Below are positions 8,696-19,401 of a stretch of DNA of 64,000 nt, one piece after another. Source of the stretch: Candidatus Fermentibacterota bacterium (GTDB taxonomy: Bacteria > Fermentibacterota > Fermentibacteria > Fermentibacterales > JCC-6); NCBI GenBank assembly GCA_963845085.1, contig CAWJQI010000004.1, positions 736,001 to 800,000 on the forward strand, read 5' to 3'. How positions within the stretch are numbered: the stretch's first letter is position 1; the number at the start of each line of letters is the position of its first letter. The translations under genes and the position numbers were made by a program. The notes under the pieces are model-generated. The model was not told where the DNA came from. It saw only the letters and a program-made list of their open reading frames with translations, and made no database searches.

Positions 8696-11068
8696 TTGAG
8701 CAGACATTGTCGGGTTATCCTTTATGTAATTGCATCCCATTGTTTTGCCCTGGGCGTTGGGGATGAGGTAACGTTGCTTGTTCCGGACATTTCCTATTTC
8801 CCCAATGATCCACAAGCCAGGCAATTCACATGCAGACTTGTGTCCGAACACGCTTATTGGCTTGTTCAGGATACAACATGGTTTGATCTTCCATCCGCTG
8901 AAGACGAGTTTCAGCTGATCTGGGGAAACATCGTCACCCAGGAGAGCATCGACAGCATTTCTTCCCGGTTTGAAGGTGCCGGAGTCAGTGTGTATGACAC
9001 GGTGACGGATGAACTCGGAGAGATCCAGGAGACTGGCAATGGCGATGACAGGCTCTGGATGGTGTTTTCTGATATACCCGACTACTATTTTGTTCCGGGC
9101 ACAGGGTACATCAGGTTGAGGAACTGGGTTTACACCTGGCCGGATGACTTCGACGGGGATTCGCAGACGGGAAACAACCACGACATAGTGTATGTGAATC
9201 TCAGCCCATATAAGAACCAAACCGGCGGCCAATGGAGCGAGGTGCGAGAAGACATTCATTCGTGGTCAACGGCCTCCGGCCTGGGTCAACTGATCAGGAT
9301 GGCGGCGAATCCGAATGAAGAAAAGTGGGTGGTTCGCGGCCTGGGTGCATACGCACAATATCTGTGCTTCGGGCTTACCTCAGCCCTGAACGGAGCGATA
9401 GGAATTGAAGGATACCTTGAGGACTTCGCGATGGCGGGAGGCGTTGAACTCACCTCCTGGTGGTCAGGGAAACCCGCGAAGGATTTCTCGGCGAACCTCG
9501 GCGGGGAACTGCTCTGGTTCCAGTACGTTCGGCAGAGATCCGGTCCCGACGCGGTTCGATGCATAGCCCAGTCGGAGCTGACTGGAATGGAGGCGGTCGC
9601 ACACGCAGTGGATCCCACGGTTCCCCTTGATGAAGCTGTCGAGACGGTTGCCTACCCGCTCTATGAAGAGTGGATAATCACCAACCTGATCTCCCCCTTT
9701 GCAGAAGACTATGCCCAGGGCATCTATCATTACAGCTTTCTCGATGGGACAGGGTATGATTTTTCGATCATCGATCGTCCGGCGTCTTTCATCGGGGAGT
9801 TCGATGAGTACCCGATACCAACCTGGATAGCTCCCTGGAGCTACGGCATGAGCGCACAGGAATTTGCTTCACAGTACATTGATTTCAGCGGGAGTTTCTC
9901 GGAACACCCAACGGTCCATTTCAACGGGATGTACAACCAGAACAACGGATCGGGAAGCAACATCGACGGCGTATGGAGCGTTTGGAAAGTCGTACTTGCT
10001 TCGGATTCAACAGTTCTTTCCATCGACTCGCTGCAGTTCGATGAGCTTTACAACGGCACCTTCCAACTCGAAGGCGCACGCACATTCCTGACGCTCACAT
10101 GCAACAACCCGGGCGGCACAGCCAATATCCGCTACACTTTCAGCCAGGACACGGCCCAGAAGAGCGTTTGGACCTCGTTCCAGCAGAACCCCATGCACCC
10201 CCTCATGTTCAGTGTTTACACCTCCCTTCTCCGGGAAGAAACAGGCATGCCCTACGGCTATGACTGGGTTGGTCCCAGAGTTGAGCTTTCACTTGTCAAT
10301 CAGCAGGGCATTCCTGACAGCACTGCCACGGTTCAGATGGAGCCCCATGCGGGAACACTCTGGTTCGGCAGAACAGAAGCGTGGAGCGCAGGCGAATACA
10401 GTCTTGTTTCAAGCGGTTTCGACAGTCTTGGAAGATTTCTGAGCGATACGCTTGCTTGCGCTGTTGCCTATTCGGTAACCGGCAATACAGTTCTCGAAGC
10501 GGGTTCTGCAGATTTTACGATTGCCGACGGTTCACTGCCTCCGGGATCGGTCGTCTCCCTTGCAGAAACATCATACCCGGCTTTCAGCTGCGAGCTTGAC
10601 CTCCTCTGCAGGCCGGTTTCCGTGAGTGCGGGCGAGGGTCTGCTTTCCTTTGAATCCGGGCATGGATGTGGAACAGTTTACAGGTACAACGAAGGCACCA
10701 TTCTGGAAATGGCCTCCTTTCGTGTGTCAAACTCGATCAGGGCTTTCATTGAGGAACCGGGGGTTTACCTGCTTGCCGATGGAAGCACACCTTCGGTTCC
10801 GGAGGTTCCCCCGACCCCACGATTGAACGCACCCTTTCCAAACCCATCGGAATCATCATTCACCATAGGCTTTTCCACTCCCGGCACCGAAATCGTAACT
10901 GTTGCAGTCTTCGACCTGTGTGGCAGGAGAGTGGCAACTCCTTTTCACGGCCGGGTTCAGGGAGGGGCATACTCAGTGAACTGCGGTGATGAGTTCCCAT
11001 CGGGGATCTATTTTGCCGTGCTCTCCGCCGGAAAACATTCGGAAATTCAACGAATGGTGAAGCTGTGA
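8696..11068 (+). CDS. Secreted metallopeptidase-like protein with T9SS-type C-terminal domain
   Basis: N-terminal hydrophobic signal; M30-like segment lacking HExxH; CTD PFPNP...VFDLCGRRV...SGIYF. Confidence 0.7.
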   Translation: MSRHCRVILYVIASHCFALGVGDEVTLLVPDISYFPNDPQARQFTCRLVSEHAYWLVQDTTWFDLPSAEDEFQLIWGNIVTQESIDSISSRFEGAGVSVYDTVTDELGEIQETGNGDDRLWMVFSDIPDYYFVPGTGYIRLRNWVYTWPDDFDGDSQTGNNHDIVYVNLSPYKNQTGGQWSEVREDIHSWSTASGLGQLIRMAANPNEEKWVVRGLGAYAQYLCFGLTSALNGAIGIEGYLEDFAMAGGVELTSWWSGKPAKDFSANLGGELLWFQYVRQRSGPDAVRCIAQSELTGMEAVAHAVDPTVPLDEAVETVAYPLYEEWIITNLISPFAEDYAQGIYHYSFLDGTGYDFSIIDRPASFIGEFDEYPIPTWIAPWSYGMSAQEFASQYIDFSGSFSEHPTVHFNGMYNQNNGSGSNIDGVWSVWKVVLASDSTVLSIDSLQFDELYNGTFQLEGARTFLTLTCNNPGGTANIRYTFSQDTAQKSVWTSFQQNPMHPLMFSVYTSLLREETGMPYGYDWVGPRVELSLVNQQGIPDSTATVQMEPHAGTLWFGRTEAWSAGEYSLVSSGFDSLGRFLSDTLACAVAYSVTGNTVLEAGSADFTIADGSLPPGSVVSLAETSYPAFSCELDLLCRPVSVSAGEGLLSFESGHGCGTVYRYNEGTILEMASFRVSNSIRAFIEEPGVYLLADGSTPSVPEVPPTPRLNAPFPNPSESSFTIGFSTPGTEIVTVAVFDLCGRRVATPFHGRVQGGAYSVNCGDEFPSGIYFAVLSAGKHSEIQRMVKL

Positions 11069-12114
11069 GAACACGTTCTGCCATTCCTGTACTTCTCGTA
11101 TCCTTGATATCCTGTATGAAACATCCCGCAGGGCTGCCTGATCCTATCGGTTACGATGGACTCATCGAAGCGGGATGGATGTCGTTGAAAGCCGCGGAGC
11201 ATTCGAACGCCCTTGATTACTTCAGGCAGGCGATGGAAGTTGATATTTCCCGGGCAGAGGGTTTTTTGGGCGCCGGCATAAGCACCATTTACATCGGGAG
11301 CTGGAGGGAAACGGGCAGGGGTTTCCTGCAGCAGGCGATTCAGATCGATCATGGAAGCTCTGCGGTCAACATTCACACCGGCAATGTCCTTTACCAGGAC
11401 ACTCTCTGGACTGTGATAGAGTGTATAGATCCCGACCTGCCTCTGGATTCCCTCAACACATGGCTTGCTTTCACTGCTGATTCAGGGCTTGTGTGGGTTG
11501 GCCAAACAATCAGGAGCTATTTGTTGAACAATGGTTGTTCAACCGATATCAGTTACAGGCTTCTACCGAAGGCAAACGCCTTTACAGCCTGCCTTGATCT
11601 CTACAATATGCAGAGCGGTGATTTCTATGCCGCTGACAGCATACGGGATGGCTGGATTCACTTCACCGTGCCCATGCACTCCACTTCACAGGGTTCTCAA
11701 ACCACATACTACCAGTGGGTGATGGCTGACGATGGAGTTCTTTACGACTTCGCCGAGATCGATCTGGAAGGGAATTACGATCAGACCAGTCTGGATGCCC
11801 TTGCGGGGAGGGTATGTCTGGAAGACGCCTTTGGAGACGAGGGAAGCCTGCTTCAGGCAACTGCGTGCGCACAGTGCCTGATTGAAGAAGCCCCGGATTA
11901 CAGGTTCGGAAAGGGAGACGAGTTGCTGGAGTCCGTCTTCAACCTGCAGCTTAGGCACGTGGTGGGATGCGCCGCATCCTTCGCTTTCAGCAACGGGAAG
12001 TTCTCCTACTGCTGGTTTCTCTGCAGACAGGTCGGGTATGGGGAAAACCTGGACCCGGAGTCGGAAACCTTTCTGATGGATCTGCTTCTTGTCCTTGCCG
12101 AGATGGTGCAGTAA
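11065..12114 (+). CDS. Lipoprotein with TPR-like N-terminal region
   Basis: Lipobox LISC; AGWMSL...ALDYFRQA...AEGFLGAG. Confidence 0.6.
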   Translation: MRTRSAIPVLLVSLISCMKHPAGLPDPIGYDGLIEAGWMSLKAAEHSNALDYFRQAMEVDISRAEGFLGAGISTIYIGSWRETGRGFLQQAIQIDHGSSAVNIHTGNVLYQDTLWTVIECIDPDLPLDSLNTWLAFTADSGLVWVGQTIRSYLLNNGCSTDISYRLLPKANAFTACLDLYNMQSGDFYAADSIRDGWIHFTVPMHSTSQGSQTTYYQWVMADDGVLYDFAEIDLEGNYDQTSLDALAGRVCLEDAFGDEGSLLQATACAQCLIEEAPDYRFGKGDELLESVFNLQLRHVVGCAASFAFSNGKFSYCWFLCRQVGYGENLDPESETFLMDLLLVLAEMVQ

Positions 12115-14324
12115 TGACTTCGGGTGCAATCGCGCTGTCTGCCGTCGCCTTCCTTGGAACCTTTGAGCAAACATACAAGTACATGCCTGCCAATCTTTTC
12201 ATGGACTCCTTTGACGGAAGGCCGTTGATTACTTCTACCGTTCACAATTTGTCCAACCTCTGGGTACGCTTTTCAAACATAGGCCTTGTGGGAACGATGA
12301 CCTCAGACCTGACAATGGAATGGCCCGGAGGATCAGGATCCGATTACCTCTGGTACGGTGCACTCTGGGCAAGTGCCTTCGGAGAGATAACCCCTGCAAT
12401 GCTGCCCATGCCCTGCGTAAGCAGAGTCGATCTGGGAAGCTCGGAGGATGACCTTCGACCTTCCGAGAATCACCCCATGGTTAAAACGATCAATGGCGCT
12501 GTTGCCCACGAGCAGACGGCGTGGGCTCAGGATGACTGGGCTGCTGTCAATCCCAATCCCATGGGAGTTATGATTCTGGAGGAAGGCTACAGTTGGCGAA
12601 CACCGGGCTATAACAACTTCTACGCAAACCATATCAGAGTGGTTCACCAAAGCCAGTACGGCAACCCCGGAATACCACTGACCGGATTCTGCTTGTCGGT
12701 GCTGGCAGACTGCGACATCGCCACTGCTGATCCGTACGACCAGTTCTACAGCGACGACATGATCTTTTACGATGGTCACGCTATCTGGTGCAACGACCCT
12801 GATGCTTCCTTCGATTACATTTTTGACGACGGTGACAAGGCAAGTGAGTCCGACGAGTACATCTGGCAAAGAAACCCTGATGCATTCTGGGCTGACCCTG
12901 AAGACGACATCTACTACCATTACAATTACCCGGGAAGCGACGGCATCGTTGACGCCGATGTGAATTCCGACGGAGTATCGGATCACTTCACTGTTCTCTT
13001 CAAGGTATGCGGGGCCGATACCGTCTTCAGAACCGAACAGAACACCGGAATGGTTCTGTTCGCGAACGGCATGCCGGAGTTATTCTGGAAGCACACTGTA
13101 GGTGATACGGTTTACGCGGTTGTTCCAAGGAACATGAGCTACATGTGGGACGGTGACAGGCCACAATCCTACACCGACGACACGGGAGAACCAACCTGTC
13201 TGCCTCCCTGCAACGGTTTCATCGGATGGCGATTCATCGATCTGTGGGTGGTTAAGGCAGACGGAACCGTTGAGAGACCAGTTGACGTTATGGGATGCCC
13301 GGTCCCCCTTTCTCACAGCTGGTGGAACTTGATGAACGATGCCTGCTCAAGCGACACCCTGGGGTATGAAGTTGTCTGGGGGCTCAACATGGACTACAGC
13401 GGAAGAACAAGCGGCCCCGCATATCTGGCGGAATGGATCGGAGATCCCTGCACGCCGCAGGCATTTCAGCCTCAGAACCCGGGCCCTTTTCCTGTCGTGC
13501 ATGACAATCCTCTCGCTTTGGGCTACCTTCCATTTGATTACGGGTTTCTGATTTCAATGGGTCCGGTTGACCTTGCCGACGGCGACACACTGCATGTGGT
13601 GGGTGGCTGGGTGATGGGCAGGGGGCTGGATGAGTTGAGACTGAACGCCGACATCCTTCTGGATGCCTACTACAGGGATGGCGGCTGGGGAGTACCGGAT
13701 GTTCCGCCGGTGCCGTCGCTGTACTATGACGGGGCATCTGGCGTCGTGGAACTGCAGTGGAGTGACGAAACAGAGTGGTACGAACCCTTTGGAGGATACC
13801 GGCTTTATCGCTCTGTTTTCAACACCGGGGACTGGACCCTTCTCGAGGACTTTGAACGCGGGGAGTATTCGTATACAGACAGCACAGTAGTCAGAGGTTT
13901 TCCCTATTTCTACAGCCTCTGCGTTTACGATGAACTGACCGGGATAGAGAGCAGCAGAACCAACTTCAAGCAGGAACTCGATGGCACTCCCATCCCCGTG
14001 GTCCCCGGCTGGGCGGCGGACCCCCTGTGGAAGGAAAACACAAGGGTCGTTCCCAACCCCTATCAAATCAGCGCAGCATGGGAAGAGGAATACCAGAACA
14101 AGATCGCTTTCACCAACCTCCCGCCGATGTGCGACATTCGGATCTACACGCTGGCGGGAGCTCATGTGAGAACCCTTGAGCACAGGAGCTACGGAAGCGA
14201 GTGTGGGGTCGAGTACTGGGACCTTACGAATGACAGTGGGCGGTCGATCTCAACCGGGTTGTACGTATATGCCGTTCAGACGGAGAACGACCATTTCATC
14301 GGCAAGTTCGCGGTGGTGAGGTAA
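12114..14324 (+). CDS. Large secreted protein with FN3-like and FlgD/T9SS-like C-terminal domains
   Basis: EWPGGSG..YL; VELQWS...GYRLYRS...YTDSTV; VVPNPY...IRIYTLAG...WDL...GLYVY; ATG overlaps the upstream TAA. Confidence 0.7.
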   Translation: MTSGAIALSAVAFLGTFEQTYKYMPANLFMDSFDGRPLITSTVHNLSNLWVRFSNIGLVGTMTSDLTMEWPGGSGSDYLWYGALWASAFGEITPAMLPMPCVSRVDLGSSEDDLRPSENHPMVKTINGAVAHEQTAWAQDDWAAVNPNPMGVMILEEGYSWRTPGYNNFYANHIRVVHQSQYGNPGIPLTGFCLSVLADCDIATADPYDQFYSDDMIFYDGHAIWCNDPDASFDYIFDDGDKASESDEYIWQRNPDAFWADPEDDIYYHYNYPGSDGIVDADVNSDGVSDHFTVLFKVCGADTVFRTEQNTGMVLFANGMPELFWKHTVGDTVYAVVPRNMSYMWDGDRPQSYTDDTGEPTCLPPCNGFIGWRFIDLWVVKADGTVERPVDVMGCPVPLSHSWWNLMNDACSSDTLGYEVVWGLNMDYSGRTSGPAYLAEWIGDPCTPQAFQPQNPGPFPVVHDNPLALGYLPFDYGFLISMGPVDLADGDTLHVVGGWVMGRGLDELRLNADILLDAYYRDGGWGVPDVPPVPSLYYDGASGVVELQWSDETEWYEPFGGYRLYRSVFNTGDWTLLEDFERGEYSYTDSTVVRGFPYFYSLCVYDELTGIESSRTNFKQELDGTPIPVVPGWAADPLWKENTRVVPNPYQISAAWEEEYQNKIAFTNLPPMCDIRIYTLAGAHVRTLEHRSYGSECGVEYWDLTNDSGRSISTGLYVYAVQTENDHFIGKFAVVR

Positions 14325-15341
14325 ATGAAAAGGGTGTACCTCCTTGCCTTAATTGTCCAGGCAACCGGATGCATTGATGATCCCGTGACCAATACAATCC
14401 CTGGCGAATACGAGCAGGAGTACCAGTTGATCTGGAACCTCTTTGACGGTAACTATGTGGGATTCGCGGTCAGTGGGTTCAACTGGAACGCGGTGTACGA
14501 TACATACCTTCAGCAAAGCAGGCAGGTACAATCCAGGGAGGAGATGACGGAGCTTACCCTTTCGCTGCTCGCCGGCCTTCAGGACCGTCATGTCTGTCTT
14601 GTCGATCCGGGTGGAAACACAATGCCTTCCTGGCAACCCGATCTCTTCATCAACTGCAGTGAAGAGGTTCTGATGAACTACCTCGAACCCTGGGGATTTC
14701 AATGGACGCAGGAGGATGTGTGGGGATACTGCCAGGCGGGAACCGATTCAGTACCTTACTTCGTTCTGAAATCTCTGCATCCGGAATTGAATCTGAGCCT
14801 TTTTGACAACATTCTTCTTCCGCTGATCGATGAACCCGTTCTCATCTTTGATGCAAGGCTTTGCAGTGAAGGAGCTGACGGAACCGCCTCAAACCTTGTC
14901 AGAAGGTTTGCCGACATTGAAAGAACGGTACACATGACCAGGCACAGGGTCAGCGGGTCTTCCTGGGAACTCGCCGAGCCGCAGCCGGTCTATGTGATCC
15001 CCAGGGGATGGCATTACCAGGGGCAGGTGATTCTTCTCACCGGGGAAGGCAATACAGGCTCCTCTGAGGTCTTCATCTGCGACATGGCAGAGTTTCCACA
15101 TGTGACAACAGTTGGAGACACCACCGGAGGTTCCGGAAACTGGCAGACCGAAGCATGGCTGCTTCCCGACGGGTGGCATATCGTTTGTCCGGTCGTTACA
15201 CTCGCAAGAGCGGATTCATCTCTTGTCGAGGGAACCGGGGTGTTCCCGGATCACCTCGTTGAAGCAACTGAAGCCGATTTCCAGTCCGGATACGATCCGG
15301 TTCTGGAGTACGCTCTCGACATTGCTAAAGCTCCGAGGTGA
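14325..15341 (+). CDS. S41-family peptidase-like lipoprotein
   Basis: Lipobox ATGC; LQDRHV, VGDTTGG, LPDGW, EGTGVFPD, DPVLEYAL. Confidence 0.75.
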   Translation: MKRVYLLALIVQATGCIDDPVTNTIPGEYEQEYQLIWNLFDGNYVGFAVSGFNWNAVYDTYLQQSRQVQSREEMTELTLSLLAGLQDRHVCLVDPGGNTMPSWQPDLFINCSEEVLMNYLEPWGFQWTQEDVWGYCQAGTDSVPYFVLKSLHPELNLSLFDNILLPLIDEPVLIFDARLCSEGADGTASNLVRRFADIERTVHMTRHRVSGSSWELAEPQPVYVIPRGWHYQGQVILLTGEGNTGSSEVFICDMAEFPHVTTVGDTTGGSGNWQTEAWLLPDGWHIVCPVVTLARADSSLVEGTGVFPDHLVEATEADFQSGYDPVLEYALDIAKAPR

Positions 15342-16320
15342 GCGCCAGTAAAAACTCACCATTCGCATGGGTAGTGATGTCCCATGGAAAACCCTGAACA
15401 GTAACCAGATATTCTACATCTCCGGTCAGGTAATTCACGGAAACCAGCCTGCTCTCACCGCCGCCAAGGTAACTCAGTACATAGAACTTTGTTGTGCCGG
15501 GCACGCTGCAAATCTTCATGGGGTGCCCGTCCAGCTCGAAGCGATCGACCTCGGGAGGGATGAAATTCCTGCACACGGACACCAGACCGTTTTCAGCCTC
15601 CCACTCGGGATGGGTTACGGCCCATATGGATTCTGCAGGAAAGGCTGCAATGTCCATGCACGGATAACCCAGGCTGGTTGTGCTGAAATGAAAAGTAGCA
15701 AGCGAGATCATGGCAACCGATCCCGCTTCGTCCTGAAACGCAGCGAGCAGGTATTCATTCAGATACGTTTCAGCAGCAAGCGCCGAGGGACAGCCGCTCA
15801 TGGCCTGGGTAGTCCGAAGAACCGTGTTGGTGGCTGTGCTGATCTCCCTTACCCTGCAATCGCTTCCGTCGGCCAGGAAGAAGGTTTCCTGTGACGATGG
15901 ATTGGGGTAGAGAATTGAGGGCGCTGCTCCGGCTTCAAAGTCATCGGCAACCGTGTTCTCTTCAAGGTCTATTTCCAGCAGGTTGCCGGTTGCTCCGGTC
16001 AGGTAGATCGAACCGGCAACGGGATGTATCATGGAGCGGTAACCGGCACCACCGGCGAACCCCACGGTAAAGGAAGTATCCACGGTCATCTCCACTGAGT
16101 TTATTCTGAAAACATCGCCTGTGCCAGTGGATACAAGGAATTCAGTGCTTCCGATGGAACAGATGGCCCGTCCGTCGGGGATGCCTTCAAGAACTCCCAC
16201 CACGGAGTTGTCGGATACTCTCAACTTGATGACCCCAGAGTCCGTCATTGAAGAAAACTCTTCCGGATTGTAACACGAAAGGGCAAGCAGGCAGGCACAA
16301 TACAGCGGGTACTTCTTCAA
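15325..16320 (-). CDS. YncE-like beta-propeller lipoprotein
   Basis: TTG start 1 nt after the receptor stop; lipobox ALSC; repeated beta-blade patterns. Confidence 0.6.
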   Translation of the reverse strand: MKKYPLYCACLLALSCYNPEEFSSMTDSGVIKLRVSDNSVVGVLEGIPDGRAICSIGSTEFLVSTGTGDVFRINSVEMTVDTSFTVGFAGGAGYRSMIHPVAGSIYLTGATGNLLEIDLEENTVADDFEAGAAPSILYPNPSSQETFFLADGSDCRVREISTATNTVLRTTQAMSGCPSALAAETYLNEYLLAAFQDEAGSVAMISLATFHFSTTSLGYPCMDIAAFPAESIWAVTHPEWEAENGLVSVCRNFIPPEVDRFELDGHPMKICSVPGTTKFYVLSYLGGGESRLVSVNYLTGDVEYLVTVQGFPWDITTHANGEFLLALTSEL

Positions 16321-16321
16321 A

Positions 16322-18994
16322 CTACCACTCCACTCCAACACCAGCGTAGATGTGTCGGGCTGATGACCATGCCGCCGGATTCTGCGATAGCCCCCCGGGC
16401 TCCCCGGTGGTTTCATAGATGAACGGGTCATAAATGCGCTCGACATTCAATCTGTCGAACAGGTTGAACACGGTCATCCTGCACTCCAACATCACCTCAC
16501 CGAGGGGAATGCTTCGTGTCAGCATGAGGTCGGTCGACATGGTCCAGGGTTGCCGCGCTGTGTTTATTTCGGGGAAATCTCCCTCCGACGAGGGGCTGTA
16601 GGGATAACCGCTTCCGTACTGCCATCTCACGCCGATCCCGGCTCTCTCCAAAAAATGCCGGCCGGCAATCTCGGGGCCCTCGCCCTCCTCGAAGCTTGTG
16701 TTGGCCAGCGCGCTGATCAGATGCCTCTGATCCCAGTCGAGGTAGTTGTCATCTTCGGGTATCGTGGAGTAACCGGCCGAAGAGTATACGTACTGCTCAG
16801 TGGCCGAAGAGTACCGCCCCTCTGCAATCGAGTAGGTGTAGCTGATATTGCCGGACACGATTTCTCCCGGAAGCCTCATGAATGTAGCCTCGACTCCCTG
16901 CACGGTGGCATAACTGTCATCGTTTTCGTACATGAAGAAGGTTCCCTGCCCCTCTCCCGAAAGCGGGGACGACTGCACAAGTCCCGTGATCTCCTTGTAG
17001 AACGCCGAAAGTGAAAAGTTTGACAGCTCGCCTGTTCTGTGCCTTATGCCGGCCTCGTATGAAAGCGTTCTGACAGCGTCCAGATCCGGGTTACCCACAA
17101 TGGTGTAGTCTCCGCCCAGGTTGTAACTGGTTCCACTGAACAGCTTGTCCAGGGAAGGCATCTGGAAGTACCTGCCGTAAGTCACAAAAAACACATCCCT
17201 TTCCGATATGGGATGGTTCATCCCGAAACGCGGACTGATCTGAACCTTGACGGGCACTTCCTGCGCACCGGCCTCGCCTGGAATCGTCATCGTTGTGTTC
17301 GGGTCGAAGAGATCGGCACGAATTCCCGTTGTAAGGACCATTGCACCCGAGAAGTTTGCCGATGACTGCACGAAGGCGGAAGCCGCTCTTGGTTCGGCCT
17401 GCCAGATGTTCACCCAAATCTGAGAAGGCGAGTTAACCGCTACATTATAGTTGTAAATATCGTAGTACTTGCCCTCAACACCGGACACAAGTTTGAACAC
17501 ATCGTTCAACTGGTTGGTCATCTCCAGCCTGCCGGCAAAAACCGAGCTTCTGGAATCCATCCATACGGAGGAGTGGATCCCGTTGTGAAAAAAGCCCATC
17601 GAATCTGCTACCCTGTCCTCGAAGAACTCACCGTACCAGGCCGAAGGAGTCAGGTTCTCGCCCAGGTATCCGCCGCTCCCGTCCCTGATCCGGCTCCACG
17701 CGGAGAACTCGCTTCTCTCAAATGCCCCTTCAACAACTGTGTTCTGGCCAATCATCCTGTTCAGCCCAAGTGTTACACCCCAACTCTCGTCAAAACTCAC
17801 GGGAAGAACGTTGTCAGTGTTTCCACCCAGGTATGGAACACCCTCCACATACACGGGCTGATCGTACTTTGACCAGACCCACTCGTCCCATCCGCGCTGC
17901 CTGAAGGAGTACCTGCCAAGTATGCTGAAGCCCAGAAGGGGGTTGGGTCTGCCCGTGATGTTCAACACACCGGACAGGTTGTTCTGCCAGTTGTTGTCCC
18001 AGTTGCCCCTGCTGTCCTTCAGGTCGTATCCGCTTCTGGAATACTCCGCTGCCCCGAAGAAGAAAACTTCACCGGGGATCCGAATTCCGAAAGAGGGAAG
18101 AAGCAGCGAAGTGACCGGCTCAGGCCCGCCAAAAGAAGCGGCCCCCTGAATACCGTTACTCAGAAAACTGCCGTTTTCTGCACCGGAGGATAAACCGTCT
18201 TCGGAGGATTCGGTACCAAATGCAGTAACATCACCGCCATTTATGGCAAGATCCCCCGAATACTCGTCCCCTCCCTCCCGGGTAACCATTTTGACAACAC
18301 CGGACAGGGCATTGCCATATTCGGCTCCGAATCCTCCCGTAATGGTCGATGCCTCGGCTACAGCCGACAGAGGGATTGTAGCGGAGTATCTGCCCGTAAC
18401 AGGAGATCGCATGGAGGAACCGTCCAGAAGGAATTCCACCTCTCCGGACCTTCCTCCCCTGACATGAATTTCTCCATTTTGCGTACTGACCCCCGCCTGC
18501 CCCTGGATTACATCGATCATTCCGGTGACGGGCATGGTTTCAATCTGGTGCCTGTCGACCACGTAAATTGTTGAGGGAACAGTCTCAAGAATGTCACTTC
18601 TTTGTCCGGTAACAGTGATCACGGTGTTTCCTGCGGCTTCCGCCCCCAGTGTGATGTCGAGCACCGTATTCTGATCCGAAACAACAACGACGCCTTCAAC
18701 TGTAACGGAGGCCATCCCGACCATTCTGGCAACAACGGAGTATTGCCCGGGAGACAGCCTGGGTATGTAGTAGTAACCATCCGCATCGGACATTGAGCCT
18801 GATTGTGTCCCGACGATCAGGACAGACGCTCCAACGACCGGAGCACCCGATGAATCAGTGATTTCCCCGGTAAGCGCACCTGTTCCAAAACCGAATGCAA
18901 CGAATGGAAACGCGAGCAGAACTGCAATGCAAAGCAGACTGCATCTGCAGGAAGCAATTCCTTTCATCCGAACAGTCCCGGCATGTTTTTCCAC
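16322..18994 (-). CDS. TonB-dependent receptor with carboxypeptidase-regulatory-like N-domain
   Basis: G.ITDSSG.P..GASV, plug HVRGGRSGEV..LLDG, SPRFG, GNPDL, terminal W. Confidence 0.9.
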   Translation of the reverse strand: MEKHAGTVRMKGIASCRCSLLCIAVLLAFPFVAFGFGTGALTGEITDSSGAPVVGASVLIVGTQSGSMSDADGYYYIPRLSPGQYSVVARMVGMASVTVEGVVVVSDQNTVLDITLGAEAAGNTVITVTGQRSDILETVPSTIYVVDRHQIETMPVTGMIDVIQGQAGVSTQNGEIHVRGGRSGEVEFLLDGSSMRSPVTGRYSATIPLSAVAEASTITGGFGAEYGNALSGVVKMVTREGGDEYSGDLAINGGDVTAFGTESSEDGLSSGAENGSFLSNGIQGAASFGGPEPVTSLLLPSFGIRIPGEVFFFGAAEYSRSGYDLKDSRGNWDNNWQNNLSGVLNITGRPNPLLGFSILGRYSFRQRGWDEWVWSKYDQPVYVEGVPYLGGNTDNVLPVSFDESWGVTLGLNRMIGQNTVVEGAFERSEFSAWSRIRDGSGGYLGENLTPSAWYGEFFEDRVADSMGFFHNGIHSSVWMDSRSSVFAGRLEMTNQLNDVFKLVSGVEGKYYDIYNYNVAVNSPSQIWVNIWQAEPRAASAFVQSSANFSGAMVLTTGIRADLFDPNTTMTIPGEAGAQEVPVKVQISPRFGMNHPISERDVFFVTYGRYFQMPSLDKLFSGTSYNLGGDYTIVGNPDLDAVRTLSYEAGIRHRTGELSNFSLSAFYKEITGLVQSSPLSGEGQGTFFMYENDDSYATVQGVEATFMRLPGEIVSGNISYTYSIAEGRYSSATEQYVYSSAGYSTIPEDDNYLDWDQRHLISALANTSFEEGEGPEIAGRHFLERAGIGVRWQYGSGYPYSPSSEGDFPEINTARQPWTMSTDLMLTRSIPLGEVMLECRMTVFNLFDRLNVERIYDPFIYETTGEPGGLSQNPAAWSSARHIYAGVGVEW

Positions 18995-19172
18995 CTGCCT
19001 GAAAGCTACGAATGGATTTCGATCATGCGTAATTTACTCTTACAATCATCCACCGCAATACCTGCGAATTCCCGCTTTCGACGCGATTAAACCAGCAACC
19101 CGGGCACGCATCGATCGTGTCTTCTTGCTGCTGATCACTCTTCATAGCAGAATGAGTTTTGCTCAAGCAGGA

Positions 19173-19226
19173 ATGAAAAAGCCGCCGGGGACTCTCCCGG
19201 CGGCCTCTATCCCATCTGGCGGTCCG
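19173..19226. repeat. Direct repeat copy 2
   Basis: 54/54 identical to 26212-26265. Confidence 0.95.
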
Positions 19227-19401
19227 CAGTGGACACGTTTCGAACTCAAGCTTACTGAGATGTTTCCGACATCACAATTCGTAAAGTGTGTTCATGGTAT
19301 GGCGCCGAAGTATACTCTAAATGCAGAAACAACCAGGAAGTCAGATGTCAATCTGTCAGATGACATCCTGTTTTGCCCCTGGTCCGCTAATCCAGATCCG
19401 A

